From positions 94,426,001-94,490,000 of the forward strand of contig NC_042997.1 of assembly GCF_006345805.1 (NCBI RefSeq): a DNA stretch of 64,000 nt. Direction: 5' to 3'. Both the position numbers and the translations under genes were made by a program. The notes under the pieces are model-generated. The model saw nothing but the letters and a program-made list of their open reading frames with translations. It did no database searches and was not told the DNA's origin. Each line of letters begins with the position of its first letter. Within the stretch, counting starts at the first letter, position 1. This document shows positions 24,211 to 38,700 of this stretch, in pieces. Source of the DNA: Octopus sinensis. Lineage: Eukaryota.

Positions 24211-24215
<5 letters not shown>
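24064..24215. repeat. MITE-like element with 46-bp inverted arms and 60-bp spacer
   Basis: TAAAAGGGGCAGGCAACAGG(T/C)TGCTT(G/A)GCCGCATACCGAAAAAATT on both arms, with 2 mismatches. Confidence 0.9.
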
Positions 24216-24272
<57 letters not shown>

Positions 24273-24288
24273 TATATATATATATATA

Positions 24289-24364
<76 letters not shown>

Positions 24365-25169
24365 GTATAGATAGATAGATATAGATATATATGTTGTTAT
24401 AAGACCTAATATTGTGGCAGTTGTTTGCATATACTGACATTGACATTTATGTAAAGAAATATTTTACGAATACTTTTCATAAATTCTTTTTTCCAATGGA
24501 GTTTGAGAAAAAAATATCGAGGAAAAAAATCTTTGGAGACCCATAACTGTAAAAAAAACGCCAAACCTTTTTCCTTGAAGAAAACGCAGAGAACTAAACA
24601 ACAATATTACTCCCAGTATAAGAGACTTAACTATGCCTACTTCTTTCTTCCTTACACAATGCTCTCATCACAACTTGTATGCTTACATTCATCTTGTCAT
24701 CTAATATTGACAGGATTTCATACTTCTTTGATTTATTTATCTTGACATAACTTCATATAAATTATTATGAGGTAATTGATATAGAAATGTCCTAACATAC
24801 ATTTTTCATCTCCATATTTTCTTTCCTCTTTGTTTGATTTGCCCTCTCTCTCTCTGTCTTTCTCTCTCTCACTCTTTTTCTTTGTATCTGCAACGTTGTT
24901 TATGGCTGTCACATATATGCTTTGTGTTTTGTGGAAGCTATGAAATCATGAATGTATTTGAGCGAATGGATAATAATCTTAATCCGCTTCTACTTTAACA
25001 GAAATATCTGGTCGTTGGAAGCATTTAGAGGTTTCAACCTTGTTCCAAGCTAGAAAAATGGTTTGAAAATAGCTTCCTCTTTTCTTCACATAAATCATAA
25101 AATCACTGATATATTTACAATATGGGTGTAAAATTCTCACCATCATGTAAGCTTCAATGTAAAGGCAGA

Positions 25170-25450
25170 TGACCTTAGTGGTTTGATGCTCGACGCACAA
25201 TCATTTGGTTGTGTGTTCAATTCCTGGCGGAGCGTTTTGTGTTTGAGCAAGACATTTATTAGATTCGCTCCAGAGGTTCCTGTAATTCACAGGACCAGCT
25301 TTGTCATATTCTGTGTCGCGCTGACTATCCATGAGAGCTACGTCAAATGTACACGTGTCTGTGGAGTGCTCAGCCACTTGCACATTAATTTCACAAGCAG
25401 GATGTTCCGTTGATCAGATCAACTGGTACCCTTGTCATCGTAACCGACTG
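25170..25450 (+). mobile_element. Degenerate tRNA-derived SINE
   Basis: A/B-box remnants (TTAGTGG..., GTTCAATTCC), GAGCAAGACA, and body GTACACGTGTCTGTGGAGTGCTCAGCCACTTGCAC. Confidence 0.7.
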
Positions 25451-25747
25451 TTGACAAGTATGTGTGTTTGATAGCAGTGAACATTAGTCTTAGTAAGAAG
25501 AAGTATAGAAAGGTGATATGCTCAACATCGCAAATAAATAAAATTTAGACATATTTTGAGTCGAAGCTAATGTTCTTAAAGCATATTGTAATTGTTAAGG
25601 AGGCTATCATATTTATGTCATGGTCCTGTTCAACGTGATTGTGTTTTGAGAAAGATTACGCAGCGTTATGTTAAAAATACGATTCTGCATACTGAAACCT
25701 TGTGGAGACGTTGAGTGCACGAGAGTATGTTTTATTAAATTTATGAT

Positions 25748-25960
25748 AGGCAGCCAGCTGGCAGAATCGTTTCCGCGCCGGGCATAATGTTTAGCAGTAT
25801 TTCGTCCGCCTTTACGTTCTGAGTTCAAATTCCGCCGAGATCCACTTTGCTTTCGTCCTTCGGGGTCAATGAAATAAATACCAGTTATGCACTTGGTTCG
25901 ATGTAACTGAAAGCCTTTTCCCCCAAATGTCAGGCTTTGTGCCTATGGTAGAAAGTATTA
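25748..25960 (+). mobile_element. tRNA-derived SINE, second family
   Basis: GGCAGCCAGCTGGCAGAATCG...GTTCTGAGTTCAAATTCCGCCGAG. Related minus-strand copies are at 46770-46897 and 60200-60322. Confidence 0.8.
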
Positions 25961-26353
25961 TATTTATGATATTTCAGGATTCAAGTGGGTTTCAGGGAAA
26001 ATACATAAACATTCATGTAGAAGCTTAGTATATGTACAATGAAAGTATTTAAAAGTAAATAAAAGTAAATCAGTGGTCCATCTGCGTGTATTTCCAATAT
26101 TATGGATAAACTAGCAGCTAAGCCCGGTCGGTTTGGATGATGTGGCTGTAAAACCTGTTCTGTGTAAGCATTCGACTTGTTTGGGCACGCTTACGTTAAA
26201 AAACAATTTTAGAATGATTTTTTCTGACAAAACGCTAAAAATAATTGAGCCCCCCCCCCAAAAAAAATAAACAACCAAGATTCAACCAAATCAAAAAATA
26301 AGCCCAAATGCTAAGCGAATGAAGATGAACCATCCATTTCCATTGCGCACACG

Positions 26354-26414
<61 letters not shown>

Positions 26415-26502
26415 ATTCACATACCCTCCTTTTAATACACACAGAATTGAAACACTGTTTGATTTTTTTTCAGCGTACAATGTTCATCATCCCACTACCA
26501 AT

Positions 26503-26732
26503 TATGACATCACGCCTTCCTTCCTTATTCATCTATCACCCCTTCCTTTCTCATTCATAAACGCAACAGTATTATTATAATAGATTATCTCGGTAACTAT
26601 GTGAGCTATGAAAAAAATATGACAGCACCCCTTCCATCCTTATTCATTTATCACCCCTCCCTTTCTCATTCATAAACACAGGAGTATTATTATAGTAGAT
26701 TATCTCGGTAACCATGAGTGCTATGAAAAAAT
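26503..26732. repeat. Tandem duplication, ~115-bp unit x2
   Basis: Units start at 26503 and 26618: TATGACA.CAC.CCTTCC.TCCTTATTCAT.TATCACCCCT...TAGATTATCTCGGTAAC.ATG.G.GCTATGAAAAAA. Confidence 0.85.
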
Positions 26733-26962
26733 ACAAAGCCCAGCATCACCACCGGATCATTCTACATGTCTGTGTAATTTTTTCGCTCAATTCCACACAG
26801 CCGTTTGACCGTGAATCCCAAGACAAGAAAAAATCGCCCATATCTGATTTATATGTATAGATAAACAGCTGCATATATTTTGATGACGCTACGTTGAGAT
26901 TCATAAGAGATAAATAAAACTTTCCTGTCGGCATAACGCCTCCGGCATTCTCGAGTAGCTTT

Positions 26963-27019
26963 GTTTTTAGGCTAAGATAAATTGTTTTTAGGCTAAGATA
27001 AATTGTTTTTAGGCTAAGA
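26963..27019. repeat. 21-bp minisatellite, about 3 copies
   Basis: TTGTTTTTAGGCTAAGATAAA repeated. Confidence 0.9.
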
Positions 27020-27691
27020 CAACCTACACTTTATGATCACATGATGTCTCCTCAAACCTCTACGAACATTTTTAAAATATGTTCGCTGTCAAAAAAGATA
27101 TGGAAATTATCAATTTCAATATTCTTAACATTAACTTCTACACGACTTTGACTAAAGAATCCACTCAGAAATTTGACATCCAGGAACAATAAAAATCAAT
27201 ACATGTATTTAAATTTCTTATGTTATCGAGGAAATGAAAAAATAAAAAAAGTGTGACGGAAATTATTGTGTGATTTACAGAAAACTCTTTCTAAAAGCTT
27301 TTCCATGTAGTTGTTGTTCAATGTTGTATGAGCAAATATAGATAAGAAAATTTTGAAAAGTTCTAAAATATTAGATCCAATTTTGTGCAACAGGAAACTG
27401 TCAGTTAATTAAAGAGATTCTAGAAAACCATAGAAATACTCCACGGAACTTTAATTCATTTATACTACTTAAATCATCCCATAAATGTAATACATGCACG
27501 CACACATACGGAAACTCACGTACACATCTACACTCACACTCTCACTCAAAATGAAAACGTACAGATATGTTCAACCATGTATACATATACATATATGCAC
27601 ATATGTATATACATACATGTATATATATATATACATATATATATATACATACATAAATACATACCATACATACGCGTGTATATATATATAT

Positions 27692-27744
<53 letters not shown>

Positions 27745-27762
27745 TATGTGTGCCTATCTCTA

Positions 27763-27825
<63 letters not shown>

Positions 27826-28384
27826 CTCGCGCTTTCTTTCTCTCTCTCTCTCGCTCTCTCTCTCTCTCTATATATATATACATATATAAGCAGGGTATTG
27901 GTTATTCAGGTGTTCGCTTCACTCTCATGTGGGTTCAATTTGCACAGTATTTTCAGTGTCTTCTAGTCTACCCACAATTCTCTTCATACACACGCGCGCA
28001 CACGCACACACACACATGCATGCACATTCAAATACACACACACGTGCGTCTTTCTTTTTGCCTTTTACTTTCGGCTTTTGACAATTTTACTGGGTCTCTT
28101 TACGCCATCAAAACTTAGTGCTTTGGTAAAAAGATGCCAGTTGAATACGCATGAACTTTAATGTAAGTACTAATATCACTTTAATCTCGTGAACACTTCA
28201 CGATGGTACCCGAAGATTGCTACAAATGAATGACTGAAACGAATAGAATAAAATGTCAAAATTTAGTATCTGACTGATCCACACAGTGTATTGAGTTTTT
28301 CATCGGATATTGTGAGTAGTATGAAAAATATATTTAGCCCTTTGAAAACTTTCACTTTAACTCAGACAACGAACTATTTTTTTT

Positions 28385-28749
28385 CTTTACCCCAGTCTTG
28401 ATGAAAACACGATTTCTCTTTAAAATACAATAGGCAAGCACACTATCGATCACTTTTTGCCGAGCTGCAAAGTTGCGTGGTGGTAAACACACCAACACTG
28501 GTTGTCGAGCGGTGATGGGGGACAAATAGAGGCACAAAGATACACACGCGCCACGCGCACATACATACACACACACACGAACATACATATGACGAGCTTC
28601 TTTCTGTTTCTACCAAATCAACCCACAAGGCTTTGATAGGTCCAAGGCAATGGTAGAAAACACTTGCTCAAGGTGCCACGCAGCGGGGCTGAATTGAAAA
28701 CTATGTGATTGGAAGGCAACCTTCCTACGGCACAGTTACGCCTGTGCCT
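28385..28749 (-). mobile_element. Degenerate SINE (same family as 9196-9540)
   Basis: TTTTTGCCGA, GTAAACACACCAACA..GGTTGTC, AAGGTGCCACGCAG and an internal (CA)n. Confidence 0.8.
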
Positions 28750-29631
28750 ATATATACACATAACATACACACCCATATATATTTCCCTTTTATTCTTGTA
28801 TTCAGGTATGTGTGTATAAGAATCATTGTGTACTTGTGTGTATACATATATCTGTCCGTGTCTTTTTCTTCTCTAACTTTAGCTCAAAAGATTATCTAAA
28901 TATGAATTCCCTTGGGAGTTTTGCCGGATGAGATGAAAGGAATAAAGGGCTGTAATTCTATTCTGTTTATTTAGCAGAAAATTTCTATAGATTTTCTGAT
29001 ACAGTTATAAAACGAGCTTATTATTGCTTTTTCAGTATGTCATTTAGCTATACAAGAGTATTTTCGGAAAAATAAGGTTTGTTGTGCAGGATTCCAGAAG
29101 TAGCACTGGAATGTCATCCGAAAATGGAAATAATTTTCTCTGATAGGTTATTGATTCGATTAAGGCATGTTTTGTTAAGTTACTGAGCGTTATTGTATAA
29201 AATTGGGGTCTTGTGTTGTCTATGTGTTCAATATGTTGCTCCTTCCTTGCTTTCCAAAATAGGATTTATGCATATCATCTTGATATTGAAGTAGATAGAA
29301 TTTATCCTAGAAATTCTACGACACAGATAAATATGGTTATTGTAGCTAATACACAAACATATAAACATAAATCCATACATACACAATACACACGTACATA
29401 TATAAGATATACACATATGCAACTTCATATAGACACACATATATATACATCAATAAATACATATGTATACACCACAAGTTTCCCTCCAATTCACATACAT
29501 TGTATTGATACTTCAGGAAGGAAAACATTACCATTAAGATACTTCCTTCACAGGAAGATCTGGAATAATTTTGTTTTAAGATATGAAACGAAAAGAACGA
29601 TTTCAACCAGAATGCATTATGGCTATATATG

Positions 29632-29736
<105 letters not shown>

Positions 29737-30699
29737 GTATATATATGAAAACACGTTTCTGAAATTAACACACCATTGTACCGTATATTTAACACAAGCC
29801 CACATATATACGTTATTTTTGCGATTATGCGCTATAAATCATTATGATATTTTCTCTTTATCAGTCTAAATTGGGGAAACGTTTTAAGATATCGTATATT
29901 TGGTTCTACTACAAATATTGACACACATTGAAAGACAATTTAATGTGCAGTATGTTTTGTCTCACTTTTAGCACATAGAGTGTTATTAGAGACATTTAAT
30001 TTGTGATATAATTTGTCAATAAAAATATTTAGTCATTTAACACCCTTAATGATAATCATACCTTTCTCGCTGTAACAATCATAACAAAATATAACAACAT
30101 ATATCAATTGTAATGTTATTTGTAAACAGGCTTTTCACTAGATTGAATTCCATTACTGCGGTAGGTCGGACATTTCTGTGCACAATCTGAAATTGATTTA
30201 TATTGTGAAACGAAGACTGTAATGTTTATAGCTTTGCTTAACATTGTTTTCGTTTTCTAAAGTATTTTGTACCCGTACCATTTTTTTTCTCTCCGTATAA
30301 TCAAAAATAAATACTTAAATATTAGAGCATTTTCTATGCTCTAATACATCTACTGCACTATTTCCCTTCTTATGTACCTTAAATGTATCTTAAATATTCC
30401 TTCGATATGTCTATCTTTGAGGGGTTATTTTAAGTAATTATTTCAATAAGATTAAATTAAAGTTTTCCAAATTTATATGCGTATCAATCATTTCATAATC
30501 AAGAATACTGTAAAATTTGATACAAATTACATATATTACATTTCCGACATTATTTATGGAATGACCTGATATAAACGACATATCTACAGATGTGTACTCC
30601 CAGCCCGAATTTTACTTACATTTCTGAAAAAGTTGTGTGGTGTAGATTAAGGTTCTATTAGGATTTGTGGTGAAAAAAATTTTTTTCGGAAGGACGCTT

Positions 30700-32400
30700 G
30701 TATTCTAGGTACTAGTTGAGTAGTCCGTCATCTCCTACATTTGATCGTCAGAGTCAAACTGGTTATTTTCAATTCGGTTTTTGTTATTATCCTAACCTAT
30801 GGTTATGAATGATGGGAAATGACTGAAAACGTACGACCGCGAATATAAATGACCAAAATGGCAGTTGCGGGTCCTCCGAAGGATCTCTGAACTAACCGTT
30901 ACTCCACAGGGTGTGTAGCTCGGAGATCAGGGAGTATCATCAACTCCAAACATTACGCCTCCTCATTGAGATATCACAGCATGCGATTAGTGGCAGCAAA
31001 GTATCGCAAGACTGAAAATTCAACCCGAGCCATCCGGTGAGAAACCTAAGGGTGGACCAAGAAGAATAATGATAGTCTCAGTTGGTCATGCTTGGGAATT
31101 CAGTTGGATAGTTTATTAAAAGTTGATTGTTATGAGCCTATGTAGGCTGTACCTTAGGACCCTATCCTCACCACCCTCCAATAGAATAGTGGGCAGAGAA
31201 GATGGATCGATAGATGGGCGGAGAATAGTTTCGGTTAATTAATCTTCCTAGATTTGATTCCTATCTTTTTTAGAGTGAATATTTTAAATAAGATCCTCTT
31301 CAAATGTTTCCGATAGTGTATTTTACGATTCCAGCAGAATTTCATGTGAAAAAATGTTTAAGGTGGGATCGAATAATTCACCACACACCCTAACATTGTA
31401 TACATACATTTTGTCAAACGTCAAATTATCCAAGCACTTTCTCTCATGTGCCTCTATACTCTGATATTGCATTTTATTTAGAACGGACATTGATTGGTGA
31501 AACTTAAGCCAAAACATGAAAGAGAAAAACTCAATTTTTTACTGAAACGATCAATTATTTGATCGTAGTTGAATTCTCGCATATAAATAATTACAGATCA
31601 AGTATGGAATTACGGACTTTGCAGCCAGCGGCACAGTTAGTTTATTGCAAATATCTAAGCAATGTTGGTATCCGGAGATTGTTTATTTGATTATGTGCGC
31701 AAATTTATATGATTAATAAAGCTGGGCTTTATTAATGTACCAATCACACAGAGCTGATAAATTATCAGGGGAGTCTGGAACATAGATTTTCCCACCATAC
31801 ATGTTTCAGTCCGATCTGTTTAATTTGTCTTTCCTCTAAGATATTTTTTCTATTTTCTTAACGATTTCTTCAACAATTCTGCAGTTATTCCACACTCAAT
31901 GATTCTTACTACAGTTCATTCATACAAGTCCTCTGCGTATTTCATTGGCAAAAACACATTTTATTTAGTTGTGAGACAAAGACTCATTTGGAGTACATTC
32001 ATATCTGTTGTTAGCGTCTGACGTTTCATAATGCGTTCATTTAAGACATCACCTGTGGACTTTTAATGTGTTAACCGTAGGTTTTCCAATTCTTGACATC
32101 TGAAGATATATTTTATGCGTAATAACCTTATTGCGACCAGACTACAAACCATTTTCTAATTTGCCAAAAATTGTAAGGGTTTTCTTAATATGGGAGTAAA
32201 TTTCTGCGAACAGTGGCCCTTCCTTTACAAAGTAATCGTAAGATATAGAACTGTGTTCATAAATTGTAATCTGTTGTCATTCACAATATTCAAATCATTT
32301 TGGATCTTTATCTTTTTCAAGAATCAACTCATTGTATGTTCTAATATACCTGTACCTATCAATATATGCCAAACCTTCAGCAGCATCTGTATAAATACTT
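30700..32400 (-). mobile_element. Highly decayed CR1/L2-group LINE RT remnant
   Basis: Scattered minus-strand motif remnants: WLKFHQSMSVL and ELFDPTLNIFSH (ORF 31323..31517), DYHYSSWS at 31051-31077 (compare DYCSQLWSP), and YSL near 30935. Boundaries are approximate. Confidence 0.45.
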
Positions 32401-32419
32401 TCAAAATTATATCTTTGTT

Positions 32420-35130
32420 ATTAATAACACCTGGAAGAAGGTGCTTCCTTTCCACTTACGAAAGTGAATGGAACTTTGGCCAGGTGAATCCGATGTTATC
32501 AGACGACATCCAACAATCATTGGACCGTTATGTCGACCTTTAACCGTAATACTCTCCATTTGGTGGGTCAGCACAGGTGGCCAAATCACTGTGCCTCATC
32601 TCCTACTGGTTTGCAGCCTAACTCCTCTCTCGTCCTCCATAATTAGCAAAAGGCGCTTTCTGCTGCCTCTCCCATCCTGCGCACAACCATCTTTCACTTT
32701 TTTCCTCTTGCTCTGACTGCAGGCATCCTGCATACCAACTGGGCAGTGAATCCCCTGCAGCCAAATTCCACTGGAAAAGCTATGAATACCATCCCTTCTC
32801 CCTGCAAACCTGCAGAAGACTCTCATACTTGGCACGCTTCAGTTCGCTGGCCCTGATCACATTTTTCTCCCCACGAGACTGTAAATTATATCGTGATTAA
32901 TTTCTTGGCCTTTTCAGACCACATAATAACATTGGGCCTTCAGGGTGTTTGGACAGCCTGGAGCATCTTCAGTGTCTCCCCAAGGTCCATTTTTATATAC
33001 CAATATTGTAACACCTGTAGTAAGCTATGTGTTTTTGTTGTTGTCCTCACTGGCTTCTCTCTTTCTTTCGCAAACCTCATTGCTGCTGTCGTCTTCCCCT
33101 GACGTTTCGTGAGCCTTTCCTGCTCCAGGGAGTGAGCGAGGGTTGCAAGAACCTTGTCATGACACCACTTGTATCCTCTATGAGTAAATGCTATTTGGCA
33201 CCATGAGGAGGTGTGTGCAAATGCGCATCTTTCTTCACAAATACACCCTTCGTACAGGTTTATTGGCATTGGAAGTGTGTTATACATCGCCCACAGCAAG
33301 AAGATAAAGAAATATTCCAGTCTTCACAGGTCTGTCCCTGTGATCTTCCTCTTAGGGAGGTCCCCTTTAGTTCAGGCATCCTGAGACCACTAGCTCCATA
33401 GCGCTTGACATTTTCCCCTCCTAGTTCCGTATTTCTGCCTATAACATGAACCTCCTTTTCTTGATGACCGACTTCTTCCATTGTTGAAAACGGGAAGAAT
33501 CGCGACGCTGCCGCATATCTCCATCATGCTTTCATCCTATGCGACTGTAGTACTGACCATTCAATTTCCCCTGGAACTTGCGATACCTGCCTGTCTGACA
33601 CATCCATCCTGGTAATCCCTGTACATCATTGCAACTTTACAATTAGCGACTTTGAACTCCTCCACACAGATGGCAGGAAGAGTTGTAGCTGACTAGATTT
33701 TATGCTCAGGACTACTGAAGTGAACCCATGGTGGGAGGACACTTAGCAACCTTCGGAGGTATTTCTTTCCACCCTTCCTACTCTTATCATTGTAATCTCA
33801 TACACTATTTATATGAGTCTTGGGAGTAGATCATATTGATAGAGCTATGCCTTGTATATTCTGAGAAGCGCTGATCTTTCGATCCACCTCAGCCACTTCT
33901 CTCCTTTCTTCCCAGTACTGGTGACGTTGCTTCTATCCGAGAGTGAATTGACAAACCACTTTCCAAGGCATTTAACTGGATTTTCTTCTGTTGATAAAAT
34001 AACCTCTCCTTGCACTTGCAGATTCATTTTGTCGCCTAATCACCATATTCCTATATTTCTTGGGCTTAAACTTCATTCTAAACCATGTTGCCATGTGTTC
34101 AAAGGACGTCAGCACACTATCCGCTACTATACAGGTTGTATTTGTTATTGTAGGATCATCCACAAAACCCCTTATTGGATATTGTTGGCTACCTGATTTC
34201 AATACTGGTCCTTGGGCTTCTTTATCAGCAGCTGTTATTCGTTCTTATGAGGATTAATTGCCATGAGGAAAAGGATGGGAGAAATTGTGCAACCTCTTAT
34301 GATTCTTTTCTTCAGGACTTGCCACCGAAGTGTAAAGCGGGCTGATTTAAAGCGTAACTGGATTCTCCAAGGATGCTGGTCACTATTCCTAAGATGTGCG
34401 GAGGGATATGTTAGTAGTCGAAGGACATGAGGAGTTGATACATCCGAACGCATTTACCAAATCTATTCAGACAAATGTCAAACCGCCTTTGCTTCTCTTG
34501 TCCTCCGGATCAAGTCTCTGCGATCTCCGATGTGTTCCAGAGGTAGAACCCCATCTTTCTGTATGGAGGTGTTTGTATATCCATTCTGTGTACGAGGTAG
34601 TCCTTTCGGCCAATGAACAAGTGAAGATTTCCCCCTCAACAATCAGGTGTGAGGTAGTTCTGAATTCGTTAGCGGCTGAGGAACTTTCTTCTTTTCCCAC
34701 GAAACATACTTCCGCCTTCTTCCAGAATGGTGAACTGTTCCGCTTTCTCCAGATCTTTCGGAATAGCGTTCACCGTCCCCAGAGGAGCAGTGGGCATTTC
34801 TTGTATACTTTAGAAGTATGCAGTAGCTGATCCTGACTGGCATTCTTCACCATCTCTTCCACTTCTTTCGAATATGGACAGTTGATGTTAAATTTGTTTC
34901 CTAGTAATACAGTTCTTCTGAGTATCAGGTTGACATCAACGACTTTGTATCTGAGGTTGTCATTATGGGCTTCCCTCAGAAACGCTTCTACATTTTCTCT
35001 GGGCTGGTCAATTTCTCTGATGATAACCCAGATAGAACATCCCAGTTCCAGCTGGTCTCCTAACAACGGTCAGTAGAAAGATCAGCCGGTAGACGTGTTT
35101 TTCTCCCAAAGCGATATGTAACATGACATC
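32420..35130 (-). mobile_element. R2-superfamily (Hero-like) non-LTR retrotransposon, decayed
   Basis: Minus-strand motifs KVYKKCPLLLW, EFRTTSHLIVEGEIF, VWIDLVNAFG, GCTISPILF, PIRGFVDD, RMKFKPKK, NPVKCLGKWF, YNTLPMPINL, KWCHDKVL and QTP*RPNVIMWS...TVSWGE. The clade label is from recognition only. Confidence 0.85.
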
Positions 35131-35609
35131 ACCAAACCGGCGGCTGAAATGTCTCACGCTACAGAATGCTGATTAACCGAAGCCAATATGCTGCCTGATC
35201 TACCACGTGGATATGCAATGAAACAGATGATGTCGCTAGATAGTTGAAACATGCACATGACCTGAGCAGACAAACAGTAATTGATAGTCTCCTTAGAGAT
35301 ACACCTGTTGGTTGATTTTACATTTACTGGATTCACACTAGGCTAATCTGTTATCGACATTAGTGAACGGCACAGCCAATGGTACAACTCAAAGTAGACT
35401 GCCAACTGTGATAACAGATATCCAGCTATTCTACACGGCATATTCAGCTATTGAGTTCCATAGTAGATAATGTTTGCACTATGAAAAAATGTATTATTGA
35501 CTGAGTTTAGTACCGATACATTAGAAATATTAGTCGCTATAAATATAAATGCCTATATCTCTCTTTCTCTCTCTCCTTCTATCTATCTATATCTACATAT
35601 ATATGTATG

Positions 35610-35682
<73 letters not shown>

Positions 35683-35694
35683 ATGTATGTATAT

Positions 35695-35751
<57 letters not shown>

Positions 35752-38700
35752 ATATATATATATATATGTATATATATATAATATATATAATATATATATA
35801 TATATATGGAGAGAGAGACACACATAATATTTATGCATATAAGTATAACTAGGTGCAAAGCATTAAAATATGTGTTTACATTTTCCTATTCACATGGGAC
35901 TTTTGCTTTAAAATTATATGCGTTTGGCGTCATATATTTTTCAAGATTACTCACTAAATATGATAATATTTCCCAAGACCTATTCCTTTCCCATAAATTC
36001 TGTAGTATTTATAGATAAAGATGAATAGTAACATTGCATTAAAAAATGAGGTATTAAAGATTATATGGTGATAATTTTACCTCGCAGACAAATATATCAT
36101 CTTGTTTTATATGCACTGGATACGATTTCTTATAGATATTGAAATTGAGAGCAAATAATACTTGCATATGTTGAGCTACGTTTGGTGTTAGTTTTGGTGA
36201 TAGACTATCTGAAGTTCAATTTGTTTTCTATTTCAGATCTATATGAAAAAGGAGGTATTTTGATGAGAAAATATATATCGCCAACAAATAATTACAGTGG
36301 TAAGTTATGATACAGCTGAATGTATTCAACGTTTCTCATACAAATAAAAGTATAGTACAAAGAAGAAAATTGTTTAAACTATAAAGTATTGAAAAGTCAC
36401 AATAAGGTCCTTCACAAAATACATCTTTGCATATATATTGCTTTGCCGTTGTCGCGGATGTGATTATTAAGATTCCTTCCTGGAGGGATATAATTAGGTT
36501 TTCCATTTGTTTCTATCTTTCTCTATCATCTAGTTTTTCTGAACAAATTGCGCACACATGTCTAGTCATATTGAGTGGGATGGATATTTCTTGTGGCATG
36601 GATTAAATGAGGATTGAAAGACTGAGTGGTACCGACATATGTATGGCTTTCTTTGCTATATATATACATGTGTGTGTTTGTGTATACACGTGTGTATTTG
36701 TGTGTGAGTAAACGCAATACACACAGTATATGTATATAAGAAATATTGTCCATTATATTCAATGAGAGTATACAGTATTTCTCAATGTTGGATTATATTT
36801 ACATTCTTCTGATATTCATGCCATCATGTGAAAGTATGCTCTCTTGATTACCTATTTGCTGCCAGGAAACTCGGAGTTGGTGCAATTTTCGGTTATATTG
36901 ATTCAAGGCCTTAAAGTTAATTACACCCATATAATTTACGAAAGAAACTAGTTTAAACATAATAAACCCAAGTCAAGTAGTCAAAGATATTTCAGTTTGT
37001 ATCAGTTTGCTTCCAGGAAAACATATATTGGCAAATTTTCTAAGCCAAAAATATTAAGAAAATATTAAGAAAATAATATTGATTTCCCCCGTTGTAAAAA
37101 TTCCACGGAATATGAAGAGAGCACAGTTAATTAACTGCACTTAGCCGCTAATAATTTTATCGACGTTGGGTGAAAGACAGACAATGCCAAACACAGTAAG
37201 TGAAAAAATGTAATAAAAATGTTTAATAACATTATTGATAAAACGACGCTAAATGACTGAAACATTGTTGTAATAGAGAAACAGCATGGTAAACAGATTT
37301 CACGCAACAACAGGTCAAAATATTTTGCAAACAATCTAAAATTGTATTATTGGTGTTAGCAGACGTTCTGGCATCTGGGCTTCTACAAGTTTGTTTTCAT
37401 CCCTCAGAGAATGGAATGAATTACAAACTGCCAACTAAGTCGATATAATAATTTAGAGGAATAAGCGTTCTCTAAATTTTTGGTTATAAACAGTTTTATA
37501 ACAGTAAGTTGGGACGAAACGTCAGTACATGTGTTTGCAGTGTTATAAAATGAGCGCAATAATTTATCTATCTGCTGTGAGATTCTAGAATACGATATTA
37601 CATGAAAACCAGCCACGTTTCATATCCAAAGTGAATGTTCAAACGTGCTCAAATATTAATGAAGGTGCCTGATATTGTGGTGCATTGTATAATATATTTT
37701 ATATTGCATATACATTGCACCAAGCAATATCTAGACTCTGCAAGTATCCTAGTTATTTGAGACTTTACGAAGATAACTGATGACGTTAACAATACTGGGA
37801 AAATTACCTTAGTAATTCTTGATATTAAAGTATCATGTCCAAACAATGTATTTAATTTCCTCTCAACTACGAACGTCTTCAGAGAAAAATAAAGGTCATT
37901 AAATTACGAATTCATAAGAAAGAAAAAAACATGTAACACAAATTATATCTTATTTTTTATCAAAGCTTAGATTATTCATAAATTCATCAACTCATTGAAT
38001 ATCAATTAACCCTTCTCAGTAACAAATACTATCTCAAATTTTCTATTCATAAATGTGTAGTTTAAAATTGAATTTATCTACAGGAGCAAAGTAAAACATA
38101 ATGCCACATAATAGTAGTATTTAAATAATTGTAGAGGTAAATGATAATCTAATTTCTCACTTAATCATTTTCTACCCGAAAAGTAGGAAGAGATAGTGTA
38201 CTAAGTTAGCGAGACAGTTAAATATATTTACCGTGGTTATAGTTTAATAGACTAGCATCATCCAAAGTTCTAGAATAATTAAAGAGAATATCCCTGATAC
38301 GAACAAGAGGGAAAGAAGATTCTAGACCATTGGGTTTAATAGAAGCTTGAGTTACATATGTCCGGGAAATCACCACATCTAACATCACAAAATTCGATCA
38401 ACTGAAGTGTATTGAGAGTGAAATATAGTTTGTGAAGTATTCTCGGTACCCAATAAGGATAAAAAGTTTATCAAATTTGTAGCGTTAGTACTATTCACCA
38501 ATATAATAGAAAAAGAGCCCCTGCGTAGTCGTTTAAGTTGCTAAAAGTAACAGTCATTTCTCCTTAAAATCGCATCTTGCCTTAAAAATCTTAAAGAAAA
38601 TAAATAGTGTCATGTATACATTATGATTTAAAAAGACAAACTCCTCACTGTTTGAAAGCCTTTCATCATTGTTTTTGCCCAGGCAGAGTTGATATGAGTT

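Noticed and set aside
26960-27020. CRISPR-like or other spaced repeat array
   Set aside because: The repeats are directly tandem without spacers, and the context is eukaryotic with no cas genes.
32016-32050. Minus-strand hammerhead-like GTCT-TAAATGA...GAAAC-GTC-AGAC
   Set aside because: It has three core mismatches, no real stem II, and lies inside a putative CR1 RT remnant, so it is likely chance.
36237-36299. Plus-strand 63-nt exon candidate (DLYEKGGILMRKYISPTNNYS) with good TTTCAG / GTAAGT sites
   Set aside because: It is isolated, with no compatible neighbouring exons identified and no recognisable homology. It is not supportable without RNA data.
37131-37846. Three consecutive 65-70-aa minus-strand ORFs as a frameshifted membrane-protein pseudogene
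   Set aside because: The I/F/L-rich composition is what AT-rich non-coding DNA gives, and no family motif is recognisable.
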